From contig NC_068999.1 of the NCBI RefSeq assembly GCF_001194135.2, positions 49,114,076-49,151,418 on the forward strand: DNA of 37,343 nt, given 5' to 3'. The stretch is from Octopus bimaculoides (Eukaryota). Position 1 is the stretch's first letter, and each line of letters starts with the position of its first letter. The position numbers were made by a program, and so were the translations under genes. The notes below the pieces were generated by a model. The model saw only the letters and a list, made by a program, of their open reading frames with translations, searched no databases and was not told the origin of the DNA. Below are positions 11,917 to 20,831 of this stretch, piece after piece.

Positions 11917-12255
11917 GGCGCAGAAGTGGCTGTGTGGTAAGTAGCTTGCTTACCAACCACATGGTTCTGGGTTCATTCCCACTGCGTGGCACCTTCGGCA
12001 AGTGTCTTCTACTATAGCCTCAGGCCGACCAAAGCCTTGTGAGTGGATTTGGTAGATGGAAACTGAAAGAAGCCCATCGTATATATGTATATGTGTGTAT
12101 ATGTTTGTGTGTCTGTGTTTGTCCCCCCAGCATCGCTTGACAACCGATAGAATAAGTACTAGGCATCCAAAGAATAAGTCCTGGGGTCGATTTGCTCGAC
12201 TAAAGGCGGTGCTCCAGCATGGCCGCAGTCAAATGACTGAAACAAGTAAAAAGAG
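11917..12255 (+). mobile_element. tRNA-derived SINE family B, best-preserved copy
   Basis: A-box-like TGGCTGTGTGG and B-box-like GGTTCATTCCC (11970-11980). More than ten related copies occur in the window. Confidence 0.9.
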
Positions 12256-12334
12256 TATATTGACTGAACAAACCTCTGATCAAAGGAGTTCTGGCTATGA
12301 CTCTCTCTCTCTCTCGCTTTCTTTTAGACTGCGT

Positions 12335-12560
12335 CTGGCTGAATGGTTAAGAATTTTGCTTCCCAACCATATGGCTTCAGGTTCAGTCTTACCTCACCTT
12401 GGGCAAATGTCTTCTGCTATAGCCATGAGCTGGCCAGAGCTTAGTGAGTGGATTCATAGATGGAAACTGAAAGAAGCCCATCGTGTGTGTGTGTGTGCCA
12501 TTGTCTTGACATCATGTGATAGTTGTAAACGAGTTTCACCATCATGCAAACAATGTTATT
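12335..12560 (+). mobile_element. SINE family B 5' half, diverged
   Basis: tRNA-like head followed by gagtggattcatagatggaaactgaaagaagcccatcg, as in other copies. Confidence 0.7.
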
Positions 12561-12953
12561 CGTTTCCAATCTTCCATTAAACAAAACGTGTCTGGCTATG
12601 GAGAAATATTACCTTGCTTGGAAACAAGTGAGGACTGGTGATCAGAAGTACATCTGCACATTGAAAATCTGCCTCAACAGATGCCCCGTGTAAGCATGGA
12701 AAAGTGCACATAAAATGGTAATGAAAGTATATACTGTATGTAAGGGATTTCCACAGTTTCCAAAGAAGGCTGTGTACAAAATGAATTCCAGTTATCCTTT
12801 TCTTGTTTTGTGTTGGAATTAATCAGTGTTTCATTGTCTCCACTTCAAGTACTTGACAACATGACACCAGAGATGAGCACCATTGATTATCAGCCAGCAT
12901 TATCTGGGCTTTGCAATGAAATAAAACTTTTTGTGATGTTTGCTATCTTTCAG

Positions 12954-13057
12954 ACAAGATGGTCAAGGATCTATCGAGGAACTGAGAAACCGTGACTTCC
13001 GTAAAGACTTGGAAGACCGTGAACGGGCAGCCAGGGAGAAAAAAGACAGAGGCAGAG
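12954..13057 (+). CDS. CWC15: CWC15 coding exon 2
   Basis: (R)QDGQGSIEELRNRDFRKDLEDRERAAREKKDRGR. Acceptor tttcag ends at 12953 and completes the AG+A codon. Donor GTATCG at 13058, phase 1. Confidence 0.95.
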
Positions 13058-13168
13058 GTATCGGATGTTCTTTCATGTTTTTGTTGTTGTTGTTGTTGAT
13101 AAGCAAACTTCTTAACCACATAGCTATATCTTTATCTGCGCGTGTGTGTATGTATGTATGTGTGTATG

Positions 13169-13207
<39 letters not shown>

Positions 13208-13320
13208 ATGTCTGTATAATATATGTATACATGTGTATGTNNNNNNNNNNTATATGTATACATGTGTATGTATGTGTGAGTATATATATATTTATATATG
13301 TATACATGTGTGTGTATGTA

Positions 13321-13366
<46 letters not shown>

Positions 13367-13774
13367 CACAGACATGACTGTGGTTAAGAAGCTTGCTTCC
13401 CAACCATGTGGTCTCAGGTTCAGTCTCACTGTATGGTAGTTTGAGCAAGTTTCTTCTACTGTAACCCAACCAAAGACACGTGCCCAAGGTGCCATGTTGT
13501 GGGACTGAACCTGGAACCTTGTGGTTAAAATGCAAACCACTTAGCAAGTCTGTACTGTGCACACTAGGTACAAATGTGTGTGTGTGTGTGTGTACATGTG
13601 TGTAGAAAGAAACAAAGAGGAAAGAAATAAGTCTGTTACAGTCTCAGCAGTGGTGGTGGTTTCTCATAGTGATTGTAGTCATGGCCGAGTACTCATTTAT
13701 CAATATCGTGGCGTTTTCCAAGTGCATCAAAGTCTTTCTTTGCCGCCACTTCATCAATCAACTGTCTCTGATTG

Positions 13775-13812
<38 letters not shown>

Positions 13813-14360
13813 ACTGCTGCCCACTGGAGTGATTCACAAAAACTATAAATCAACAACCACACAATAAAACCCATCCAAACACACACACACACACACACAC
13901 ATAGATGTGCCAAGGTCTCATCTACTTTCATTGGCACAAGCCAAAGCTATTAGCATTTTTACTGTAAGAAGAATTACTTTTAGCCATCTCTCAAAGGAGG
14001 CGTCACACATAAGTCATAGTCTTCACAAAGCAAAATGTTTGAATATATTTTGCAACCTCTAACACCTTCTCTCCCTCCTCCCCGCCTCCCACACATATGC
14101 ACTCTTTCTTTCTTTCTTTCTATATATGTATGTGTGTTTGTGAGTGTCTCTGTCTTTGTGGTGTTTGAGTGGACATGTGTGTGTGTGTGTTTTGCTTGTT
14201 ACTAAGTAAAAGCAAGCATAGTTCAGGCTGAATTATTTTAAGATAAAATGTCTTCCAATTATGTTAAATGTAACCAGTATTATTGTGTGTGTGTGTGTAT
14301 TTATGTTTGTATATGTGTGTGTGTATGTATGTGTATGTATATATATATATATATATATAT

Positions 14361-14962
14361 NNNNNNNNNNNNNNNNNNNNNNNNNNNNNNNNNNNNNNNN
14401 NNNNNNNNNNNNNNNNNNNNNNNNNNNNNNNNNNNNNNNNNNNNNNNNNNNNNNNNNNNNNNNNNNNNNNNNNNNNNNNNNNNNNNNNNNNNNNNNNNNN
14501 NNNNNNNNNNNNNNNNNNNNNNNNNNNNNNNNNNNNNNNNNNNNNNNNNNNNNNNNNNNNNNNNNNNNNNNNNNNNNNNNNNNNNNNNNNNNNNNNNNNN
14601 NNNNNNNNNNNNNNNNNNNNNNNNNNNNNNNNNNNNNNNNNNNNNNNNNNNNNNNNNNNNNNNNNNNNNNNNNNNNNNNNNNNNNNNNNNNNNNNNNNNN
14701 NNNNNNNNNNNNNNNNNNNNNNNNNNNNNNNNNNNNNNNNNNNNNNNNNNNNNNNNNNNNNNNNNNNNNNNNNNNNNNNNNNNNNNNNNNNNNNNNNNNN
14801 NNNNNNNNNNNNNNNNNNNNNNNNNNNNNNNNNNNNNNNNNNNNNNNNNNNNNNNNNNNNNNNNNNNNNNNNNNNNNNNNNNNNNNNNNNNNNNNNNNNN
14901 NNNNNNNNNNNNNNNNNNNNNNNNNNNNNNNNNNNNNNNNNNNNNNNNNNNNNNNNNNNNNN
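14361..14962. other. Assembly gap (602 N), probably containing a CWC15 exon. Other gaps: 5054-5253, 5650-5666, 6918-6927, 13241-13250, 18770-18959, 20953-21347, 29264-29273
   Basis: N runs are seen directly. The exon placement is inferred from the phase mismatch between flanking exons. Confidence 0.9.
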
Positions 14963-15049
14963 ATGTGTGTGTGTGTGTATGTGTATATGTGTGTGTGTGT
15001 GTGTGTGTATGTGTATATGTGTGTGTGTGTGTGTGTATGTGTATATATA

Positions 15050-15081
<32 letters not shown>

Positions 15082-15248
15082 CATACATACACATATCATC
15101 AATATCGTTTTGTGTATGTTTTCCCATGATAGATAGATCTCTTCTTGCACAGTGTCCTGCCATTATTTGCAGACCATCATTTTCTGATATGCTACAACAG
15201 AGAAAGATGAAAAATACCACTCTTTCATGCATATCATCTTTCTTTATT

Positions 15249-15279
<31 letters not shown>

Positions 15280-15387
15280 ATATATATATATATATATAGG
15301 GAGAATTCACGAAAAAACAACAGACAAAGACAGGTGGTGTAGACAACAAATGGATGTATTAGTATAACGCTCGGGAATAGAGAAAGT

Positions 15388-15423
15388 CTTTAACATTTCG
15401 AGCCTATGCTCTTCAACAGAAAG
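15388..15423 (-). ncRNA. Degenerate minimal (Penelope-type) hammerhead ribozyme motif
   Basis: The minus strand reads CTTT-CTGTTGA-A-GAGC(atag)GCTC-GAAA-TG-TT-AAAG, matching stem I / core / stem II / GAAA / short helix III / UH / stem I. Confidence 0.5.
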
Positions 15424-15923
15424 GAACACATGCACACACACACACATACCATTTAACGTCCTCCTCCCTTGCTGGCATGGGTTGGACAGTTAGTCAGGAG
15501 CTGGCCAAGCTCCTGTGTCTGTTTTGACACAGTTTTTACAGCTGGATGCTTTCCTGACACCAACCACCCTGCAGAGTGGGCTGAATGCTTTTTATGTGGC
15601 ATGAGCACAATGGTGCCCCAACTTAACAGAGGTGCCCCAGTTTAACTGCAGCTTTCAAGCTGAAATGGGTTTAAAGAGTTATATACACACACATACATGT
15701 ATATGCATATACATATTCTCTCTCTCTCACACACACATGCACACATATATATATGCTCCACTGTCAGCTTTGCCTTGGTTTCCGTGGCTGGCTGCCCTTC
15801 CAAATGCTAATTCGTATTTATCTGTATATTATCCTACAATTCCTGTTACCCTTCATGATTCTTGGCTGATTTTGCAAATTTTTAACGTTTTTTTTTTTCT
15901 TTCCCCCATTTTTTATTCATCAG

Positions 15924-16022
15924 GATGAAGAATCTGACAGTGAAGATGATGATGACACAATGGAATTGATGGAAGAACTCAAGAAAATTAAGAAAGAAAG
16001 ATTAGCAGAAGCTGCCAAACTG
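15924..16022 (+). CDS. CWC15: CWC15 coding exon (acidic and coiled-coil region)
   Basis: DEESDSEDDDDTMELMEELKKIKKERLAEAAKL. cag acceptor ends at 15923; GTAAGT donor at 16023; phase 0/0. Confidence 0.95.
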
Positions 16023-16141
16023 GTAAGTATTGGGCAGCAAGTCTTTACCCTTACTTCTTGGTAGAATAATGGTAATGCTAATGGATTAAAGAATTGGATC
16101 TGCATTTTTATTTATGTCTCCTTTTTGTGTGTTTTATTCAG

Positions 16142-16245
16142 GAAGCTGAAAGGAAAGTAGAAGAAGAAAGAATTCGTAAAGAAAATATTTTGAAAGGCAA
16201 TCCATTACTGAACCAAGAAAAAATAGATTTCAAAGTGAAAAGACG
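16142..16245 (+). CDS. CWC15: CWC15 coding exon
   Basis: [34 protein letters not shown](R). Acceptor ends at 16141; donor GTAAAT at 16246; phase 2. Confidence 0.96.
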
Positions 16246-16414
16246 GTAAATATTGGTCTGTTATTATTGTTTCTTGAGTAGCCATGTATCTCTTTTACAG
16301 TAAGACACTTGTTTTTGTCCCTCTTTTATACTTTAACCCCTCATCACTTGGTATAAAGCCACCTTGCTCGATAGTGCTCCCTCCTCAGTTGAGGGATTGT
16401 ATCTTGCAAGTTAC

Positions 16415-16772
16415 TTGGATTCAGTCCCACTGTGTGGCACCTTGGGAAAGTGTTTTCTACTAAAGCATCAGGCTAACCAAAGCCTTGTGAGTGGATTTGG
16501 TAGACAGAAACTGAAAGAAGCTCGTCTTATTGTGTGTGTTTGTATGTGTGCCTTTGTGTCTGTCCGTCTCCCAGTACCACTTGACAACCATTGTTGGTGT
16601 GTTTACATCCCCGTAACTTAGCAGTTTGACAAAAGAGACCGATAGAATAAGTACCTGGCAAAAGAGACTGACAGAATAAGTGCTGGGATTGATTCATTTG
16701 ACTAAAAATTCTGCAAGGTGGTGCTCCAGCATGGCTAGGGTCTAATGACTGAAATGAGTAAAAGATAAAAGA
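16415..16772 (+). mobile_element. SINE family B in the last CWC15 intron
   Basis: Match to 11917-12255 with a partly duplicated gatagaataagtac segment. Confidence 0.8.
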
Positions 16773-16907
16773 TACATATATATATAATTATAATAAAGTT
16801 TAAAGAGTTTTTTTTTTTTTTGACAGATTTAGTTACCTTATATATGTTTTATATGTATTATGTATATGTATTAATTTTTTTTTTCTCGTTTTCTGCTGTT
16901 ATTTTAG

Positions 16908-17034
16908 GTGGGATGATGATGTGGTGTTCAAAAACTGTGCCAAAGGAGGGGACGACAGGAAAGGTCGAGGTTTCATTAACGATACACTTCGCTCAGAGTT
17001 TCACAAAAAATTCATGGAAAAATATGTGAAATAA
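16908..17034 (+). CDS. CWC15: CWC15 final coding exon
   Basis: [41 protein letters not shown] is the conserved C-terminus. TAA at 17032-17034. Confidence 0.97.
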
Positions 17035-17284
17035 GGAGACGGAACTTTCAAAATGATAATTATAAAAACAGGACAGATGTCAAAAGTTAGAAATAAGAGT
17101 CAGTGGGGAGATTTTTATCATTGTTATATCATGCTTATGTCATCATTCATAACTTCCCTTTTTTTTTTCCTTTTTTTTTTTTCCACTGTTGGGATTTTAA
17201 CACTATAGAGAAGCTGTCAGTCTATGGAATATTATCATATTCCTCTTAGTCCCTTGTTGGTGTCATATCTGGAATTTAAAAAAA

Positions 17285-17300
17285 AATAAATAAATAAATA
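17285..17300 (+). promoter_or_regulatory. Candidate CWC15 polyadenylation signals (overlapping AATAAA)
   Basis: aaataaataaataaata about 250 nt after the stop codon. It could equally be a simple (AAAT)n repeat. Confidence 0.3.
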
Positions 17301-17542
17301 ATTCATGGAGGTTCATGCAGAATGGTGAGAATCCAAATAGTAATGTTTCTTTTCAATCTTAATAAGTTCTGGCAGGTTTCACCTGGATATCTGGTCGCTG
17401 TTGTTTTCCATCATCAGAGAACATCTCTCTTTAGATGATGTGTGTTCATAACACACATAGTGCAAAACAGCAAAGTTCTTATCTCATTGACCCCCTTCAT
17501 GGAATCATTGCTAACACATCAACCACAACCATGTAAATTTCT

Positions 17543-17774
17543 TATTTCTTTACTGCCCACAAGGGGCTATTCACAAAGGGGACAAACAAGGACAGACAAA
17601 GGGATTAAGTCGATTATATCGACCCCAGTGCATAACTGGTACTTATTTAATCGACCCCGAAAGGATGAAAGGCAAAGTCAACCTCGGTGGAATTTGAACT
17701 CAGAATGTAGCAGCAGACGAAATACCGCTAAGCATTTCGCCCGGCGTGCTAACGATTCTGCCAGCTCGCCGCCT
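17543..17774 (-). mobile_element. Full-length SINE family A with 11-bp TSD
   Basis: Reverse complement of 20620-20831. TSD TGTAAATTTCT at 17532-17542 and 17775-17785. Confidence 0.92.
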
Positions 17775-18000
17775 TGTAAATTTCTAAAATATAATTAAAA
17801 AGTACAATTAATAAAAATTCTTTCATTTGTGCATATCAAGACTGCTTTTTAATAATAAATATTTTGAGAAATCTAATGTAAAGTACTTTAAAAAATTGAT
17901 AAAGATCAATAAAATACCAGACATATACTGATAGAATATTCAATGTAAAATATGTGTTTGTTGAATACAAGTCATTACATTGATATTTGGTTGGAAATTA

Positions 18001-18200
18001 AGGCTGTGAGCTGGCAGAATTGTTAGCACGCCAAGCAAAATGCTTAGCAGTATTTTGTCCCTCTTTGAATTCTGCTGAGATTGACTTTGTTTTTCATCCT
18101 ATAGGTGTTGATAAATTAAGTATCAGTTAAGCACTGGGGTCGATGTAATTGACTTACCCCCTCCCCCGAAATTGCTGGCCTTGTGCCAATATTTGAAACC
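18001..18200 (+). mobile_element. SINE family A variant
   Basis: The head gagctggcagaattgttagcacgcc and core match 20620-20831; the 3' tail differs. Confidence 0.8.
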
Positions 18201-18393
18201 AATATTTGGCTGCAAATTAGTAAGTTTTTAGGCTTAAATTACTGCATTCTCCCAGATTCAGCTTGCTAATAATTCAATGCCCTTAATGCTCAAAATTGTT
18301 TCAGACGTTTATCGACCTCTTGGATGGCCATGTAGATCTCCCTCATCCTCATAGGGGTCTATATTAACCACTTTGCCAATCCTTAATCTTAAG

Positions 18394-18650
18394 CAGTGGT
18401 TCCCAAACTGCTTCCCCCTTAACACCCAGGCCACATTCCTAGCACCCCTGCCCCAATTAACCATCACAAACATAGACCTTTTTCTGAAGCAAATTCAAAG
18501 CAACTGTATTTCGCAAACAAAACTTAACCTAATGAACCCATTATTTTGTTTGTTTTTACATGAATCGCTGCCCCATTATTGCCCCACTTGGAATTTTCCA
18601 ACACCCCCCCCCCCCCAGGGGTGCAATACTGCCCACTTTGGGAACCACTC
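18394..18650. mobile_element. hAT (Charlie-like) MITE
   Basis: TIRs CAGTGGTTCCCAAA and TTTGGGAACCACT(c). The 8-bp flanks ATCTTAAG and GTCTAAAG match at 6 of 8 positions. Confidence 0.75.
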
Positions 18651-18959
18651 GTCTAAAGGAAGAGGATGTTCTTTGATAACAAACAACAACAGCATTAAGG
18701 TCTTTCCATCCGGTTCTGTCAGAAACATATTGAGAATGAAGATATTTTATTTTATGAAAAATAAAATTGNNNNNNNNNNNNNNNNNNNNNNNNNNNNNNN
18801 NNNNNNNNNNNNNNNNNNNNNNNNNNNNNNNNNNNNNNNNNNNNNNNNNNNNNNNNNNNNNNNNNNNNNNNNNNNNNNNNNNNNNNNNNNNNNNNNNNNN
18901 NNNNNNNNNNNNNNNNNNNNNNNNNNNNNNNNNNNNNNNNNNNNNNNNNNNNNNNNNNN

Positions 18960-19300
18960 ATTATCATCGTTTAACATCCGCTTTCCATGCTAGCATGGGT
19001 TGGACGATTTGACTGAGGACTGGTGAACCAGATGATTACACCAGGCTCCAATCTGATTTGGCAGAGTTTCTACTGCTGGATGCCCTTCCTAATGCCAACC
19101 ACTCCAAGAGTGTAGTGGGTGCTTTTACGTGCCACCGGCACAAAGGCCAGCCAGGCCGTACTGGCAACGGCCATGCTCGAAATGGTGTATTTTACATGCC
19201 ACCTGCACAGGAGCCAGTCCAGCGGCACTGGCAACAATCTCGCTCGAATGTCTTTACACATGCCACTGGCACAAGTGCCAGGAAGGCGACGCTGGGCACT
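18960..19300 (-). mobile_element. RTE-tailed SINE-like element (family C), copy 1
   Basis: Same tail as 10704-10800 (atcatcgtttaacatccgctttccatgctagcatgggttgg) followed by about three 66-bp subrepeats. Confidence 0.7.
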
Positions 19301-19334
19301 AAAAAAAAATATATTTAATAATACTCTACAAGGT

Positions 19335-19494
19335 GCAGGCATGGCTATGTGGTTAAGAAGCTCACTTGCCAACCAGATGGTCCCAGGCTCAATCCCAATA
19401 TGCAGCACCTTGGACAAGTGTCTTTTACAATAGCCCTAAGCCCACAAATGCCTTGTGAATAAATTTAGTAGGTGGAAATTATGTTGAAGCATAT

Positions 19495-19500
<6 letters not shown>
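19335..19500 (+). mobile_element. SINE family B 5' half
   Basis: tRNA-like head ggcatggctatgtggttaagaagc...ggctcaatccc. Confidence 0.7.
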
Positions 19501-19524
<24 letters not shown>

Positions 19525-19527
<3 letters not shown>

Positions 19528-20034
19528 TCATCATTTAATGTCTTTTCCATGCTAGCATGGGTTGGACGGTTTGAGTGAGGTCTGGAAAGCCAGCAGCTAC
19601 ACCAGGCTCCAATCTGATTTGGCAAAGTTTCTACAGCTAGATGCCTTTCCTAATGCCAACCATTCCGAGAGTATAATGGGTGCATTTTACGTGCCACTGG
19701 CATGGGAGCCAGTCAGGCGGCCCTGGCATCAATCATGTTCAGATAGTGCTTTTTACGCGCCACCGGCACAGGAGCCAGTCAGGCGGCCCTGGCATCAATC
19801 ACATTCAGATGGTGCTTTTTACGTGCCACTGGCACAGGCATCGACCACATTTGGATGGTGCTTTTTACGTGCCACTGGCACAGGCATCAACCACATTCGG
19901 ATGGTGCTTTTTACGTGCCACCAGTACAGGAGCCAGTCAGGCAGCCCTGGCATTGACCACATTCAGATGGTGCTTTTTACATGCCACCGGCATGGGAGCC
20001 AGTCAGGGGACACTGGCATCGACGACGTTCAGAC
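19525..20034 (-). mobile_element. RTE-tailed SINE-like element (family C), copy 2, with internal tandem array
   Basis: Parallels 18960-19300 and contains six subrepeats at 19679-20034. Confidence 0.75.
19679..20034. repeat. Minisatellite with 66/66/46/46/66/66-bp units
   Basis: Units start at 19679, 19745, 19811, 19857, 19903 and 19969, each beginning (g/a)gtgc(t/a)ttttac. Confidence 0.95.
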
Positions 20035-20619
20035 AGAGCTTTTTATGATATACAGATTACTATTTTGGACTAATACTGCCTCCATCACTAATAACGAATT
20101 TTTATTCAGCCTGCTGGCTAATTGCGACATCAATAATTTTTTTATAACTATATATCAGTAACAGCCTGGAGTAGTACTTTTATCGAGCCCCAGAAGGATG
20201 AAAACAAAGTTGATCATAGAAGGAACTGAACTTAGAACATGGAGAATCAAAACAAAATACAACAATGCGTTTTGTTTTACGCTATAACGATTCGGCCTCC
20301 TTTCCTCCTGATATATATATCTATCATTACTAATTTCTTTGTCGTGTCAGTTATGTGCGAATACAGCAACAGTAAATCTGTATAAAGGATTCGAAGATGG
20401 AAGTTTAGTCATTTATTTCGCTAAGATAAATATCTGCCTCCGATTTAACCACAAATAATATCTGTACCAACACAGTTGTTTCCCTTACATCCAGTGATGA
20501 AAATTTCATTAATCTTTTCCTTGTAAGATATTTATATATTCAATGCTGTATTAACCATTTAGCAAAACAAACACGTGCTTAGTGCATCGAGGGATATAGG
20601 GCTCCACAGAAATGGTAAA

Positions 20620-20831
20620 AGGCGGCGAGCTGGCAGAAACGTTAGCACGCCAGGCGAAATGCTTAGTGGTATTTCGTCTGCTGCTACGTTCTGAGTTCAA
20701 ATTCCGCCGAGGTCGACTTTGTCTTCCATCCTTTCGGGGTTGATTAAATAAGTACCAGTTTCGACTTAATCCGTTTGTCTGTCCTTGTTTGTCCCCTTTG
20801 AGTGTAGCCCCTTGTGGACAGTAAAGAAATA
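20620..20831 (+). mobile_element. Full-length tRNA-derived SINE family A with 12-bp TSD
   Basis: B-box-like GAGTTCAAATTCC. TSD AGAAATGGTAAA at 20608-20619 and 20832-20843. Confidence 0.92.

Noticed and set aside
11917-11990. tRNA gene
   Set aside because: A- and B-box-like motifs are present, but the sequence continues into a SINE body repeated many times and gives no convincing cloverleaf.
13630-13790. Candidate for the missing CWC15 exon
   Set aside because: The phase-compatible reading (VVVSHSDCSHGRVLIYQ...) has no resemblance to CWC15. The minus-strand frame QLIDEVAAKKDFDALGKRHDIDK* could not be assigned either.
14233-15349. Long ORFs of 260-360 aa in the track (also those at 4976, 18373-19012 and 20895-21386)
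   Set aside because: They are artefacts of reading through N gaps and dinucleotide repeats.
19562-20161. 199-aa repetitive ORF, and a CRISPR-like appearance of the array
   Set aside because: The ORF is a by-product of the 66/46-bp units. The inter-repeat segments are not unique spacers, there are no cas genes and the context is eukaryotic.
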